The notes below the pieces were generated by a model. That model did no database searches. It was not told the DNA's origin and saw nothing but the letters and a program-made list of their open reading frames with translations. Shown in pieces: positions 1 through 11,443 of a DNA stretch of 64,000 bases (the first letter of the stretch is position 1; each line of letters starts with the position of its first letter). This DNA comes from an uncultured Candidatus Saccharibacteria bacterium (GTDB taxonomy: Bacteria; Patescibacteriota; Saccharimonadia; Saccharimonadales; AWTP1-31). The stretch is from contig CAZXTE010000001.1 of NCBI GenBank assembly GCA_964643545.1, forward strand, positions 19,101-83,100, read 5' to 3'. Both the position numbers and the translations under genes were made by a program.

Positions 1-1
1 G

Positions 2-145
2 GACAACTACGAAAAATACTGTTTTGTAAATTTAGCAGACACCGACATAAACGCTCAATGGCCAATCGCTCTTGATGAAGCCATCGTTAATGATCGAGAC
101 CGTAACCACCCCTTCCTTAAAGATATAAAGCCCTTGGAGATCTAA
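2..145 (+). CDS. rfbC: dTDP-4-dehydrorhamnose 3,5-epimerase (RfbC), C-terminal fragment truncated by the window start
   Basis: The frame ending at TAA 143-145 translates to ...DINAQWPIALDEAIVNDRDRNHPFLKDIKPLEI. This fits an RfbC-like C-terminus (DP.L.I.WP....LS.KD pattern). It lies directly upstream of rfbD and rfbA. Confidence 0.45.
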   Translation, partial: DNYEKYCFVNLADTDINAQWPIALDEAIVNDRDRNHPFLKDIKPLEI

Positions 146-146
146 C

Positions 147-1010
147 ATGATTATTGATGACTCAAAGGTATTCATTGTCGGTGCAAATGGACAACTCGGT
201 CGCGCCTTAAAAGCTCAATATCCAAATGCGCAGTCTGCCGATATAGATGAGCTTGATATTACAGATGCCGATAGCGTAAAAAAATACGACTGGTCAAAGA
301 TAGACATCATCCTCAATGCAGCTGCCTACACAAATGTAGACGGCGCAGAAACAGCAGAGGGTCGAATAGCCGCCTGGAATGTAAACGCAGCTGCCGTTAA
401 GAACCTTGCGTACGCAGTGTGGGAGCATCAGCTAAAGGCGATTGTTCACATTTCTACTGACTACGTCTTCGACGGAAGTAAAGATAACCATAAAGAGACT
501 GAGTTGTTTAGCCCATTGTCTGTATACGGTAGTAGCAAAGCGGCTGGCGACCTGCTCATTTCTCAAGTAGACAAGCACTATATCTTGCGCACTTCGTGGG
601 TCATTGGTGAGGGTAACAATTTTGTTCGTACCATGCTTGGCCTTGGGGAAAAGGGTGTTAACCCAACGGTTGTCGCAGATCAAATTGGTCGACTAACCTT
701 TACCTCCGAGCTCGTTCGAGCGATCGATCACTTACTCACAGCAGGTGCTCCGTTTGGAACATATAACGTCAGTAACGGCGGTGAACCAGCCAGTTGGGCG
801 AACATAACGAGAGAAATATTTAAAGTAGCGGGCTACAGCTTGCAAGTTACAGACACAACTACTGCCGAATACTACGCAGGAAAAGAAGGCATCGCGCCCA
901 GACCACTGAAGAGTACCCTGGACCTTGAAAAAATCCAGGCAACCGGTTTTGTGTCGCTTGATTGGCAGAAGGAACTTACAAAATATATTGCAAAGGAGCA
1001 GCAGCAATGA
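147..1010 (+). CDS. rfbD: dTDP-4-dehydrorhamnose reductase
   Basis: 287 aa. It has an N-terminal Rossmann GANGQLG motif, and its size and sequence (STDYVFDG, YGSSK catalytic Y-x3-K) are typical of RmlD. Its stop overlaps the rfbA start in an ATGA arrangement. Confidence 0.85.
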   Translation: MIIDDSKVFIVGANGQLGRALKAQYPNAQSADIDELDITDADSVKKYDWSKIDIILNAAAYTNVDGAETAEGRIAAWNVNAAAVKNLAYAVWEHQLKAIVHISTDYVFDGSKDNHKETELFSPLSVYGSSKAAGDLLISQVDKHYILRTSWVIGEGNNFVRTMLGLGEKGVNPTVVADQIGRLTFTSELVRAIDHLLTAGAPFGTYNVSNGGEPASWANITREIFKVAGYSLQVTDTTTAEYYAGKEGIAPRPLKSTLDLEKIQATGFVSLDWQKELTKYIAKEQQQ

Positions 1011-1870
1011 AAGGCATAGTACTAGCCGGCGGGTCGGGCACACGACTCTACCCAATCACCCAGGGAGTCAGCAAGCAGCTCATACCCATCTTCGACAAAC
1101 CAATGATCTACTACCCGCTCACTACCCTCATCAATGCAGGAATCCGAGAGATACTCATTATTTCAACGCCCCAGGACCTGCCAAGATTTGAACAACTGCT
1201 TGGAGACGGCTCACGTATCGGGTGTAGCTTTACATATAAAGTACAGGAGACGCCACGTGGGCTTGCGGATGCATACATCGTCGGTGCTGATTTTATAGGG
1301 ACTGATGACGTAGCCATGGTGCTTGGAGACAACATATTCTTCGGTAGCGATTTCGACAAAAAGGTTAAGTCGGCGACCAAAGACCTAGATGGTGGAGTTA
1401 TTTTTGGCCAACAAGTTGCCGATCCCGAACGTTATGGAATCGTAGAATTCGACAAAGAAAACAAGGTTGTTTCGATAGAAGAGAAGCCAACGGAACCCAA
1501 GTCAAACTATGCCATCCCAGGATTATACTTTTTCGATAATGACGTTGTTGAGATTGCCAAGCACGTACAACCCAGCAATCGGGGTGAAATAGAGATTACA
1601 GAAATTCATAACGCTTACCTAAAACAAGGTAAATTAAAAGTAAACTTGTTGGACCGTGGTACTGCCTGGCTCGATACAGGAACATTCAAAAGCCTGAACC
1701 AGGCATCACAGTTTGTGCAGGTCATAGAAGAACGCCAAGGCATTAAGATCGGTTGCATAGAAGAGGCAGCCTACCAGCAAGGCTTCATAGACCGTACCCA
1801 GCTTGAAGAACTCGGCAATGAGCTCCTCAAGAGTGGATATGGCAAATACTTATTAGCGTGTCTTGTATAG
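1007..1870 (+). CDS. rfbA: glucose-1-phosphate thymidylyltransferase
   Basis: The start MKGIVLAGGSGTRLYPIT is the hallmark RmlA N-terminus, and the ATG at 1007 overlaps the rfbD stop. Nucleotidyltransferase motifs are present throughout. Confidence 0.9.
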   Translation: MKGIVLAGGSGTRLYPITQGVSKQLIPIFDKPMIYYPLTTLINAGIREILIISTPQDLPRFEQLLGDGSRIGCSFTYKVQETPRGLADAYIVGADFIGTDDVAMVLGDNIFFGSDFDKKVKSATKDLDGGVIFGQQVADPERYGIVEFDKENKVVSIEEKPTEPKSNYAIPGLYFFDNDVVEIAKHVQPSNRGEIEITEIHNAYLKQGKLKVNLLDRGTAWLDTGTFKSLNQASQFVQVIEERQGIKIGCIEEAAYQQGFIDRTQLEELGNELLKSGYGKYLLACLV

Positions 1871-2300
1871 CATGGTTAAACTTAAAAACCTGATAACCTT
1901 TCTATACAATCATCATCTTATACGTTATTTATTTGTTGGAGGCACAACCTTCTTCATAGACTTCGGGCTTTTAGTTTTGCTACACGGCAAACTCAATATT
2001 GGTTTAGCAATTGCCGCTTCTACTTCTTACTGGGTATCAATTCTGTACAATTTTAATCTCAACCGAAACTGGACTTTTAGTGCGGCCGAAAGCAAAAAAC
2101 TCCACCAACATATTCTTCCCTACTCTATTCTCTTGTGTTTCAATTATCTCTTCACTGTACTTTTTCTGAGTTTGATTACGAGAGTCATTCATTATCAAGT
2201 GGCTAAAGTTATTGCAGTCGTCGTCCAAGTTGCCTGGACATATCCTATCTATAAATATGTCATATTCGGAACTTCGTCCGACAAAACTAACCCAGCTTAA
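1863..2300 (+). CDS. GtrA-family polysaccharide biosynthesis membrane protein
   Basis: 145 aa with four predicted TM helices. Its size and hydropathy are typical of the GtrA/flippase-accessory family, and it sits inside a sugar-nucleotide operon. Confidence 0.65.
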   Translation: MYSMVKLKNLITFLYNHHLIRYLFVGGTTFFIDFGLLVLLHGKLNIGLAIAASTSYWVSILYNFNLNRNWTFSAAESKKLHQHILPYSILLCFNYLFTVLFLSLITRVIHYQVAKVIAVVVQVAWTYPIYKYVIFGTSSDKTNPA

Positions 2301-3243
2301 GAGAATTCCGAAAGTACTCTATGGTTTTATCTAAGCCTTCATCTAGCTCAATGGTCGGCTCCCAATGAAGCCTTCTTTTAGCTAATTCTATAACGGGTTT
2401 TCTCTGAAGTGGGTCGTCACCTGGAAGGGGCATATACACCATTTTTGAGTCACTACCCACCTTTTTTAGAACTTTTTCCGCTAGCTCTAACATAGTGAAC
2501 TCGGCTGGATTGCCAAGATTTATTGGTGTCACTTCTTCAGACTCAATCAACTTTACGATCCCAGCAACAAGATCATCAACGTAGCAGAAGCTTCGAGTTT
2601 GAGTGCCATCACCATAGACAGTAATAGGCTCTCCTCTTAGGGACTGCACGATAAAGTTTGATACTACTCTCCCGTCGTTTGCATCCATACGTGGGCCATA
2701 CGTATTAAAGAATCTGGCAATGCACGCTGATACCTCTGGGTGCTTTTTGGTATAAGAGTATATGAGGGCTTCGGCATACCGCTTAGACTCGTCGTACATG
2801 GCACGTGGGCCATAACAGTTAACGCTGCCTTTATAGGTCTCCGGTTGTGGGTGTACCTCAGGATCACCATAAACTTCGCTTGTACTTGCATGGAAGAAAC
2901 GTGCCTTATTTTTTTTCGCCAGATCTAGCAGCCTGAGCGTACCTTCAGACCCAACCCTTAGTGTTTCGATGGCAAGTCTTTGGTAATGTGGTGGGCTTGC
3001 GGGTGAAGCCATATTAAGAATAATGTCGTAAGATCTGTCGGTGACACTGTCTGGCAATTCTGACACAATGTCTGCCTCGATAAACGTAAATTGCTTGTTA
3101 TCTATAAGGTGCGTTACATTTTTCTTAGTACCCGTTGAAAGGTTATCCAAGCAGATTACGGAGTCTCCCTTGCCAATAAAGTAGTCGCAAAGATGTGATC
3201 CAAGAAACCCAGCACCACCCGCGATTAAAACCGACCTAGACAT
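2287..3243 (-). CDS. UDP-glucuronate decarboxylase (UDP-xylose synthase)-like NAD-dependent epimerase/dehydratase
   Basis: The internal Met start MSRSVLIAGGAGFLGSHLCD at 3243 gives a GxxGxxG Rossmann motif. A YxxxK (YDESKRY) motif is present and overall similarity is to the UXS/ArnA decarboxylase subfamily. The ORF-track start at 3288 would add 15 residues with no homology. Confidence 0.75.
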   Translation of the reverse strand: MSRSVLIAGGAGFLGSHLCDYFIGKGDSVICLDNLSTGTKKNVTHLIDNKQFTFIEADIVSELPDSVTDRSYDIILNMASPASPPHYQRLAIETLRVGSEGTLRLLDLAKKNKARFFHASTSEVYGDPEVHPQPETYKGSVNCYGPRAMYDESKRYAEALIYSYTKKHPEVSACIARFFNTYGPRMDANDGRVVSNFIVQSLRGEPITVYGDGTQTRSFCYVDDLVAGIVKLIESEEVTPINLGNPAEFTMLELAEKVLKKVGSDSKMVYMPLPGDDPLQRKPVIELAKRRLHWEPTIELDEGLDKTIEYFRNSLKLG

Positions 3244-4561
3244 ATGGGTCCACCAACCGCCTACCAATACTTTGGTAGTAAATTCCATGTTCTTCCATCG
3301 TTACTAAATCATATAGGTTCCTGCCATCAAAAACGACGGGGGCTTTAAGAAGCTCTTTGATCCTATTAAAGTCAGGGCTAAAAAACTCTTTCCAGTTAGT
3401 TGCAATGATCAGTGCATCAGCCCCATCAAGCACTTCGTACTCATCCTCGCCATAGCTAAGCCTTGGGTTGTCTGCCATCGCCTTCTTTACGTTTCCCATT
3501 GCTTGTGGGTCAAAAGCAACGACATTAGCACCCTGGCTCGTCAGTGATTCAATTATGGCAAGTGCTGGTGACTCACGTATATCGTCCGTATTGTCCTTAA
3601 AAGCAAGACCCCACAATGCAAATGTCTTACCCTCAACATTGCCCTCAAAATACTCCATAACTTTTTCTGGAACAACTAGTTTCTGGCGATCATTTGCCCC
3701 CATAACAGCCTCTAGGATACTAAAATCAAAACCACAATCTTCTGCTGTCTTGCTTAATGCCAAGACATCCTTTGGGAAACAGCTGCCACCGTAGCCTGGG
3801 CCTGCGTAAAGAAATTGATCACCTATCCGACTATCGGTACCCATCCCTGCCCGCACCATATCGACATCTGCACCAAGCAATGAACACATACCAGCAATCT
3901 GATTTATAAAACTAATCTTTGTTGCCAAGAAAGCATTCGATGCATACTTAATCATTTCTGCAGATGCTTCATCGGTTACGATAAGACTTTCTGGCTTCCT
4001 TCTGACAAATGGAGCATAAAGTTCTTTCATGACCCTGATCGCTCTGTCAGATTTACTACCTATAACCACTCTTTCAGGTGCAAGAAAGTCTGCAACTGCC
4101 TGCCCTTCTCTCAAGAACTCTGGGTTAGAGACTACATCAAAGTCGACTTTGGCGTTAACGGCAATTGCTTGCCTAACCTTTTCCGCAGTTCCCACAGGCA
4201 CTGTACTCTTGTCTACAATTACCGAGTAGCCCGCAAGCTTCTGCCCGATGTTGTCTGCAACGCCTAGAATATACGACAAGTCTGCGGAGCCATCTTCATC
4301 AGAAGGTGTTGGAAGTGCTAAGAAGATTGCTGCAGCGCCAAGAGCCTCTTCCAGATCGGTTGTAAAAGTTAAACGGCCTTCTTTGACGTTACGCTGAAAT
4401 ATATCGCCCAATCCTGGCTCAAAAATTGGCACTTCTCCAGCCTGCATTCTATGGACTTTTTCTCTATCAATATCTACACAGGTGACTTCGTTGCCCATCT
4501 CAGCGAAACAGGTACCCGTCACCAAACCAACGTATCCGGTTCCTACAACAGCAACTTTCAT
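3236..4561 (-). CDS. ugd: UDP-glucose 6-dehydrogenase
   Basis: 441 aa. The N-terminus MKVAVVGTGYVGLVTGTCFAEMGNEVTCVDID is the classic UDPG/GDP-mannose dehydrogenase NAD-binding domain, and the catalytic Cys region GGSCFPKD is present. Confidence 0.9.
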   Translation of the reverse strand: MKVAVVGTGYVGLVTGTCFAEMGNEVTCVDIDREKVHRMQAGEVPIFEPGLGDIFQRNVKEGRLTFTTDLEEALGAAAIFLALPTPSDEDGSADLSYILGVADNIGQKLAGYSVIVDKSTVPVGTAEKVRQAIAVNAKVDFDVVSNPEFLREGQAVADFLAPERVVIGSKSDRAIRVMKELYAPFVRRKPESLIVTDEASAEMIKYASNAFLATKISFINQIAGMCSLLGADVDMVRAGMGTDSRIGDQFLYAGPGYGGSCFPKDVLALSKTAEDCGFDFSILEAVMGANDRQKLVVPEKVMEYFEGNVEGKTFALWGLAFKDNTDDIRESPALAIIESLTSQGANVVAFDPQAMGNVKKAMADNPRLSYGEDEYEVLDGADALIIATNWKEFFSPDFNRIKELLKAPVVFDGRNLYDLVTMEEHGIYYQSIGRRLVDPYV

Positions 4562-4712
4562 ATGTTACCAACATTTATACCAAAGATAGTGGCGGTTATA
4601 AAGATGTAAACGATGAATGTTTGAATTCTACAACAACGCCATAGCACTAGTTACAATTCTGTTTTGTGGGGCACATTATGTTAGGATAAATGTACAATTA
4701 AACTTATCCGCG

Positions 4713-5441
4713 ATGGCTAAAACAGTAAAACTTTCAATAATTATTCCTTGTTTCAACGAAAAGGAGACAATCTTAACAATACTTCAAGAGATTGAGGACG
4801 TTCATCTAGGCTCTACTAAAAAAGAGATCATCATTATCGATGATGCCTCAACTGATGGTACACGAGAAATATTAACTCGTGTAGCTAGCAAAAACAAAAA
4901 CATAAAACTTCATTTTCAAAGTGTCAACCAAGGAAAAGGGGCTGCTTTGAAAAAAGGACTCCTATCTAGCACTGGGGATGTTGTGATCATCCAAGATGCA
5001 GATCTCGAATATGACCCCCAGGAATATGTACGCTTGCTCTACCCCATAGAGAGAGGCCACGCCGACGTAGTATACGGCTCACGATTTATTGGGGGTGAAC
5101 CACACAGAATTATTTATTTCCGTAATCAAGTTGCCAATAAGTTCTTAACCTGGCTATCGAATATTTTTACGGGTCTAAATCTAACGGACATGGAGACTTG
5201 TTACAAAATGATAGATGGTGAACTTGCGCGTATGCTCGCAAAAGACTTGAAGTCACAAAGATTCGGGTTTGAACCTGAAATTACTGCTCGCATTGCTAAA
5301 AATGGAGCTCGCGTCTATGAGATCGGCATCAGTTACTATGGGCGCAGTAAAGAGGAGGGCAAGAAGATTGGTTTTCGTGATGGCTTTAAAGCTATCTGGG
5401 AGATTGTTTATTTTAACCTGAGCGTACGCAAAAAACGATAA
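4713..5441 (+). CDS. family 2 glycosyltransferase (DPM1/ArnC-like)
   Basis: The internal start [16 protein letters not shown] is followed by [10 protein letters not shown], a DAD motif and YGSR. These are the GT2 polyprenyl-phosphate sugar transferase signatures. Confidence 0.8.
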   Translation: MAKTVKLSIIIPCFNEKETILTILQEIEDVHLGSTKKEIIIIDDASTDGTREILTRVASKNKNIKLHFQSVNQGKGAALKKGLLSSTGDVVIIQDADLEYDPQEYVRLLYPIERGHADVVYGSRFIGGEPHRIIYFRNQVANKFLTWLSNIFTGLNLTDMETCYKMIDGELARMLAKDLKSQRFGFEPEITARIAKNGARVYEIGISYYGRSKEEGKKIGFRDGFKAIWEIVYFNLSVRKKR

Positions 5442-7729
5442 ATATACTTTTTCCCCAAGGCCTGTGCTTCTCCAAGATTAAGATAGCCGCCAATCGTTAA
5501 CAATAGACCGGCGGCAAAAAGCCCATAACTTATATTCACATACGGTGGGCTGTACGAAAAATAGGTCTTTGACTTTCCCGCTGGCACAGCGACTGCCTGA
5601 AAGATATCTTTCTCTGTTTGGATGGGCCTACTAATATCGTTTACTTTTACTCGCCAACCCGGAAAAGAAAGCTCGCGTCTTATTATGGTCGTCTCTTTTG
5701 GGCAGTCTGCTTCTACAACATCCCTAGATGTATATGTTAATTTGCAATTTGCAATGCTTTCAAAATAGCCTTTCGAGTTTGGTAGTTCAAAAATCTCAAC
5801 AGTTTCGTCGCGGTGAACAAGTTTTAGCCCAAAACTATTACTAAACTTTTCACTAACCTGACCCCGATCTGTGACTAGATATTTAACGCTCAGATTCTCA
5901 AACTCTTTGATATTCCTTCCAAACTCTTCCAAAGCACTTGGCCCCAATGGATCAACACGTGAATAGCCCGTAAAGACTAGCGCGTTAGCGTTTCGATCTA
6001 ATTTATCTGGTATATATTCTGCCCAGTTCTTGGGTACAGGTAAGTTATTCACGTTGATTGACGCTATCTCATAATATGAACCGTAGTTCGGCGCAATTGG
6101 GTGAAGTGTATAGAATCGACTAACCCCTATGTTTTTTTGCAAAAAACTAACGGGCTTCGTGTTTACTTCTGGGATATTTGGCAACGACAGAAATGGGATC
6201 ATAAACAGTACAGCCGAATCAATCAATAATATGAAACCTATCGATTTACTACGCCATTCTTTTTTCAAGAAACAGGCAACAGCAATGCCCACAATCGTCA
6301 TTCCCCACACCACCGACAATACAGCCCAGGAATGATGAGACGAATAATCACCTAGCTGCCGAACTAGATTTCGCGCATAAAGTGCCAAGGAAGCCAAAAA
6401 AAATACAGCAAAGCCAGTTGCTCCGATTATTCTTTTCTTAGTAATCTCTGCTTTTTTGATTGCCTCTAGCCCAAACATGGCTAGAATAATTAAAGCCAGG
6501 CTTAGTGCAGGTATAGAATATCTGTAAAAAGCTATTAACTTCATTCCGGGCAGGACATTAACCATATACTCAACTGGCTTAAATCCGTATATTTTCAAAA
6601 TTATAACCAGCGAGAATGTAGAAAGGTAAAGTTTGTGAGCCAATCGTCTTCTGGAAAATAAACCAAGGAGTGCGGATGTAATAAGAGGCATGGAGATATA
6701 CCCCCCCACATTTGACCAAAATAGAAATATAGCAAGTGCCTTCCCTGTGTCAGAAAAACCAAAAATTGGGCCATAAATATACGGCATAAATAGAGCCGGC
6801 AACGTCTTTATATTGAGTGATACATGGGCATACCCACTGTCCGAGTGGCCACCAGTAGTTGCGTGAGGCAAATACCCCAGGAATGGAACAAGAATAGGAG
6901 CTGACAATAGCAAGCCCAGAATACTAGCAAATAACAGTTTGTAGATAAAAGGCTTCCAGGCACTCCTCTTTATTTGAATCATACGAACAACACCCCAGCC
7001 ATATGCAAATAGTGCGTTAATGTAAGCTGTTTCTGGGAAACCGGAGTACAACGAAAGACTCAGCGCTAACGCAATAACCAGCCATCCACCCCGTCGTTTT
7101 TTCTCAGCTCGGATAAGTGCTACTTCGATGCCCAGTAGCAGCATAGGTAAAAAAGCTATTGGATTAAAAGCAGCATTGGTTAGCCAGGCAAATGCCCCAT
7201 TCAATGCAAAAAGAATTCCACCAATTATAGCTATACTCGAGCTGAGTTTTATTTTTCTCAGTAATAGATAAGTAGTAAACCCAGCAATAAGTTGCAAAAA
7301 AAAGTGCATAATTATGAATCCATTTCCAAAGTACAGCAATAGTACAAGGGGGAAGAACGCTGCTGACTGCATACCCCCAGCCAGTGGTGAACCAATGCCC
7401 TCATAATGGTTCCAGTAGGGTACATCCCCCTGCAGCCAACTCTGGGCCGCCCTGCGGCCAAGCGCTTGAGAAGTAAAACCGTCGTTTGGGTCAATAGTGC
7501 TCTGGCCCCCAACAGGTCCGGGGGTAATACTTGTTGCCAACCCTGAGCGTTGTAGAATGGGGTTCCTGCTTTTGCCCATTATCAGTGGGGTCAAGTTTAT
7601 TAGAAGGATAGCAAGGAATACTACCAAGAATGGCTTTGTGTGTTCTGATTGAAATAATCGCTTAATTCTTGTCATATTTTCCCCAATATTATGCCACAGG
7701 TACGTCAACATACATTCATTATGAGTCAC
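5408..7729 (-). CDS. large polytopic membrane protein, YfhO/ArnT-like putative glycosyltransferase or glycan polymerase
   Basis: 773 aa with at least 12 predicted TM helices, followed by a ~250-aa soluble C-terminal domain. It sits in a polysaccharide locus. The family assignment is tentative. Confidence 0.55.
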   Translation of the reverse strand: MTHNECMLTYLWHNIGENMTRIKRLFQSEHTKPFLVVFLAILLINLTPLIMGKSRNPILQRSGLATSITPGPVGGQSTIDPNDGFTSQALGRRAAQSWLQGDVPYWNHYEGIGSPLAGGMQSAAFFPLVLLLYFGNGFIIMHFFLQLIAGFTTYLLLRKIKLSSSIAIIGGILFALNGAFAWLTNAAFNPIAFLPMLLLGIEVALIRAEKKRRGGWLVIALALSLSLYSGFPETAYINALFAYGWGVVRMIQIKRSAWKPFIYKLLFASILGLLLSAPILVPFLGYLPHATTGGHSDSGYAHVSLNIKTLPALFMPYIYGPIFGFSDTGKALAIFLFWSNVGGYISMPLITSALLGLFSRRRLAHKLYLSTFSLVIILKIYGFKPVEYMVNVLPGMKLIAFYRYSIPALSLALIILAMFGLEAIKKAEITKKRIIGATGFAVFFLASLALYARNLVRQLGDYSSHHSWAVLSVVWGMTIVGIAVACFLKKEWRSKSIGFILLIDSAVLFMIPFLSLPNIPEVNTKPVSFLQKNIGVSRFYTLHPIAPNYGSYYEIASINVNNLPVPKNWAEYIPDKLDRNANALVFTGYSRVDPLGPSALEEFGRNIKEFENLSVKYLVTDRGQVSEKFSNSFGLKLVHRDETVEIFELPNSKGYFESIANCKLTYTSRDVVEADCPKETTIIRRELSFPGWRVKVNDISRPIQTEKDIFQAVAVPAGKSKTYFSYSPPYVNISYGLFAAGLLLTIGGYLNLGEAQALGKKYIYRFLRTLRLK

Positions 7730-7820
7730 TTTTGTGCAACGGTGTCGGTATTCGGATATGAAGCTAGTTACGCTATAATGGTCTATGTTATAAAAATGGA
7801 ATGGAGAGGTTTTTTATAAG

Positions 7821-8867
7821 ATGAAGGTTTTAATAACCGGTTCTGCTGGTCTGATTGGCTCAGAAGCTGCAAAATTCTTTGCTGAAAAGGGTTTTGAGGT
7901 TGTGGGCATTGACAACAATATGCGTAGTTACTTCTTTGGTGAGGAAGCAAGTACCGAGTGGAATCGAAAGAAAATTGAAACGCAGCTCAATAAAGCCTAC
8001 ACGCACTATAACGTCGATATCCGTGATAACGATGCGGTGGGCAAGATTTTTAAGAAACATAAATTTGATCTAATTATTCATACCGCCGCTCAACCCTCTC
8101 ACGACTGGGCAGCACGCGAGCCGTTTACTGATTTTACGGTTAACGCTAACGGCACACTTGTAATGTTAGAGAACATGCGGCAATTCTGTCCTGAAGCAGT
8201 GTTTATTTTTACCTCTACCAATAAAGTATACGGGGACACACCCAACAACCTTCCTTTGATCGAACTAGATAAGCGCTGGGAACTCCCCGAAGATCACAAG
8301 TTTTACAAGGGCATAGACGAAACAATGAGTATTGACGATTGTAAGCACTCAATTTTTGGTGCATCTAAAGTTGCGGCTGACATCATGGTTCAGGAGTATG
8401 GGAAATACTTTGGCTTCAAGACTGCAGTCTTCCGTGGTGGCTGCCTAACCGGACCATCCCATTCTGGCGCAGAGCTGCATGGCTTTTTAGCTTATCTAAT
8501 TAAGTGTATTGCGAGTGGCAAAAAGTACACGATCTTCGGCTACAAAGGCAAGCAAGTACGTGACAATATTCACTCTCACGATCTCGTAAATGCCTTTTAC
8601 CATGTGTATAAAAAACCTCGTTCTGGCGAAGTCTACAATATGGGCGGTAGTCGTAACTCCAACATATCCATGCTAGAAGCCATCGAAAAAATAGAGAAGT
8701 TATTGGGGAAAAAGGCAAACTACGAACTTTCAGACGAAAATCGTATCGGTGATCATATCTGGTATATATCAGACGTCTCTAAATTCCAAAAACACTACCC
8801 GAACTGGAAGTTCGAATACGATACAGATGCCATCCTAAAAGAGATGTGCGCAGCGGTGCGAGTCTAA
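7821..8867 (+). CDS. NAD-dependent sugar epimerase/dehydratase (CDP-paratose 2-epimerase-like)
   Basis: 348 aa with [17 protein letters not shown] Rossmann and YGASK catalytic motifs. A good RBS-like AGGAGG lies upstream at about 7805. Confidence 0.8.
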   Translation: MKVLITGSAGLIGSEAAKFFAEKGFEVVGIDNNMRSYFFGEEASTEWNRKKIETQLNKAYTHYNVDIRDNDAVGKIFKKHKFDLIIHTAAQPSHDWAAREPFTDFTVNANGTLVMLENMRQFCPEAVFIFTSTNKVYGDTPNNLPLIELDKRWELPEDHKFYKGIDETMSIDDCKHSIFGASKVAADIMVQEYGKYFGFKTAVFRGGCLTGPSHSGAELHGFLAYLIKCIASGKKYTIFGYKGKQVRDNIHSHDLVNAFYHVYKKPRSGEVYNMGGSRNSNISMLEAIEKIEKLLGKKANYELSDENRIGDHIWYISDVSKFQKHYPNWKFEYDTDAILKEMCAAVRV

Positions 8868-9934
8868 TGCATTATAAAAACATACTCATTACAGGTGGCG
8901 CTGGGTTTGTAGGCTCTAATTTAGCGCTAAAATTAAAAAGCGACTACCCCGAAGTGCATATTATTGTACTCGACAACTTAAAGCGTCGCGGTTCAGAACT
9001 ATCATTGGCGCGCTTAAAAAGCGCTGGCATCGATTTCGTTCATGGCGACATCCGTAACCGAGAAGATTTAGTGGTTGATAGTATTGATCTACTAATCGAA
9101 TGCTCTGCCGAACCGTCTGTTATGGCCGGGATCGATTCTTCGCCAGACTATTTAATGAACACTAACTTGGTTGGAACGCTCAATTGTTTAGAATTAGCAC
9201 GCCACCATAACGCAGCTAGTTTATTCCTATCTACCAGCCGCGTGTACCCCATAAGCCATATTAATAACCTGCAGTTCAAAGAGTCGAGCACACGATTCGA
9301 AATTCTCGATTCTCAAAAAATTCTTGGCGCTTCATCAAAGGGCATTGCTGAAAATTTTCCGCTCGACAGACCACGCTCTCTCTATGGAACAACAAAACTG
9401 GCTTCTGAGATGGTCGTGGCAGAATATATCGATACGTACGGCATGAAAGCAATTGTTAATCGCTGTGGTGTCATTACTGGTCCGTGGCAAATGGGCAAGA
9501 TCGACCAAGGTGTCTTCGTCCTGTGGGTTGCTAAACACTACTTCAAGCAATCGCTGTCCTATATAGGCTATGGTGGTGAAGGAAAACAGGTCCGTGACTT
9601 TATCCATATTGATGATTTGTATACGGCCATAGACCACCAACTCGCGCACTTCGATGATTACAATGCTGGAGTCTTTAATATTGGTGGTGGTGCAGCCAAT
9701 AGCGTGTCTCTCAAGGAGCTGACTACCTTGTGTCAGGAAATTACAGGAAATACGATCAATATTGCTTCCATCAAAGAAGACCGCCCAGCTGATCTGCGGT
9801 TCTTCATTACAGACAGCACGAAATTTCTGGAGAAATCAGGTTTATCGTGGAACAAAGATGCGCGTCAAACGGTTACTGATATTTACAAATGGATTCGCGA
9901 TAATGAAGCGGCCCTAAGACCAATCTTGGCCTAG
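8867..9934 (+). CDS. NAD-dependent sugar epimerase/dehydratase
   Basis: Begins [23 protein letters not shown] and has a YGTTK catalytic motif. The ATG overlaps the upstream stop (TAATG). The ORF track used a GTG 21 nt upstream. Confidence 0.8.
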   Translation: MHYKNILITGGAGFVGSNLALKLKSDYPEVHIIVLDNLKRRGSELSLARLKSAGIDFVHGDIRNREDLVVDSIDLLIECSAEPSVMAGIDSSPDYLMNTNLVGTLNCLELARHHNAASLFLSTSRVYPISHINNLQFKESSTRFEILDSQKILGASSKGIAENFPLDRPRSLYGTTKLASEMVVAEYIDTYGMKAIVNRCGVITGPWQMGKIDQGVFVLWVAKHYFKQSLSYIGYGGEGKQVRDFIHIDDLYTAIDHQLAHFDDYNAGVFNIGGGAANSVSLKELTTLCQEITGNTINIASIKEDRPADLRFFITDSTKFLEKSGLSWNKDARQTVTDIYKWIRDNEAALRPILA

Positions 9935-9937
9935 CGC

Positions 9938-10681
9938 ATGAAGTTATCGATTGTCATACCGGCACACAACGAAGAGGGCTCTATTGCAACCACCGTCAAC
10001 GCTTTTCATACGGAACTTACCAAGGCAAAAATCCCGCACGAAATACTTGTGGTTAACGACAACAGCAAAGATAAAACTGAAAAAATATTAAAAAACATCT
10101 GCAAAAAAATACCCGAGGTGCGCTACGTAAACAACGTTCCGCCCAATGGTTTTGGGTTTGCTGTGCGAAAAGGGCTGGAATCATACACCGGTGACTGCGT
10201 GGCGCTGGTCATGGCTGACATGTCCGACCGCCCTATGGATCTCGTTGCTTATTATCGAAAAATGATCGAGGGCAACTACGACGCCGTTTTTGGCTCCCGT
10301 TTTATAAAAGGTGGCAAGACTATTAACTACCCACGTACAAAGCTCCTTATGAATCGCTTGACCAACAATATAATAAAGATCCTGTTCGGCATTCGCTTCA
10401 ATGATGTCACCAATGCCTTTAAGCTCTACAAGAGAGAAACCATAGAAGGCGTAAAGCCATTCCTAAGTCATCACTTTAACCTAACGGTAGAACTCCCCCT
10501 CAAAGCGATTGTTCGTGGATACTCGTACGGTGTGGTGCCTAATTATTGGACCAACCGCACAACCGGCGAGGCAAAGCTTAAACTGAAGGAGATGGGAAGT
10601 CGATATTTCTATATAATTCTATATTGCTTGATAGAGAAGTGGTTATCACGTGGTGATTATAAAAAACCTAACTCACCATAG
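9938..10681 (+). CDS. family 2 glycosyltransferase (dolichyl/undecaprenyl-phosphate sugar transferase-like)
   Basis: MKLSIVIPAHNEEGSI followed by VVNDNSKDKT, then DAD and FGSRF motifs. Confidence 0.8.
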   Translation: MKLSIVIPAHNEEGSIATTVNAFHTELTKAKIPHEILVVNDNSKDKTEKILKNICKKIPEVRYVNNVPPNGFGFAVRKGLESYTGDCVALVMADMSDRPMDLVAYYRKMIEGNYDAVFGSRFIKGGKTINYPRTKLLMNRLTNNIIKILFGIRFNDVTNAFKLYKRETIEGVKPFLSHHFNLTVELPLKAIVRGYSYGVVPNYWTNRTTGEAKLKLKEMGSRYFYIILYCLIEKWLSRGDYKKPNSP

Positions 10682-10777
10682 TTTCTGAGTTTATCAACAA
10701 TTCGTTGTATTTCCTTCTATATGCCAGAACGCTTTTTTAAGCTACTATACCTATTAAGATAATTATGGAGATGTTGC

Positions 10778-11443
10778 TTGATGAAAGATTACGTACTTTC
10801 CATTTACGCTGATCGCTTTGATAAGGACGAGCAAAAACGTAAGGTAATGTGGCAGGTTCTCTGCAATGACTACTTTCAAAAGTTCATTGGCAAGAAAGAT
10901 GTCGTTCTTGACCTTGCTGCAGGATACTGTGAGTTTATTAATAATATAAAGTGCGGGAAGAAAATTGCTGTCGACCTAAATATGAAAACCAAGCAGAAGG
11001 CTGCAAAAAATGTAACAGTATACCGAGCGCTCAGTACCGCCCTGCCTAAAAAACTAACCGGTTCGGTGGATGTAGTATTTACCAGTAACTTCTTCGAGCA
11101 TTTAGATAGCAAAAATGAACTAATTGATACTCTAAAAGAGATACACCGAGTACTGAAACCAGGTGGTAAACTTATGGTTTTACAGCCCAATATTCGACTC
11201 GTCGGTAATCAGTATTGGGACTACGTTGACCACACATTGCCATTAACTGAAAAGAGTCTTGAAGAAGCTTTTCACTTAACTGATTTTGAACAATGGTTTC
11301 GTAAAGTAAGGTTTTTGCCATTTACAGCAAACTCACGTATGCCGGCGTATCCATTTCTAATTCGTCTGTATCTTCGACTTCCATTGGCTCAGTTTATTAT
11401 GGGTAAACAAACTTTTGTTATAGCTAAAAAAGTTAAGGCTTAG
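10778..11443 (+). CDS. class I SAM-dependent methyltransferase
   Basis: Motif I VLDLAAGYCEF and post-I VLKPGGKLMV are present. It lies inside the glycan locus. Confidence 0.7.
   Translation: MMKDYVLSIYADRFDKDEQKRKVMWQVLCNDYFQKFIGKKDVVLDLAAGYCEFINNIKCGKKIAVDLNMKTKQKAAKNVTVYRALSTALPKKLTGSVDVVFTSNFFEHLDSKNELIDTLKEIHRVLKPGGKLMVLQPNIRLVGNQYWDYVDHTLPLTEKSLEEAFHLTDFEQWFRKVRFLPFTANSRMPAYPFLIRLYLRLPLAQFIMGKQTFVIAKKVKA

Noticed and set aside
432-1055. Antisense ORFs 432-683(-) and 732-1055(-) inside rfbD
   Set aside because: They lie entirely within a well-supported rfbD coding region on the opposite strand. The products are low-complexity, rich in Leu/Cys/Arg, and typical of spurious reverse-frame ORFs.
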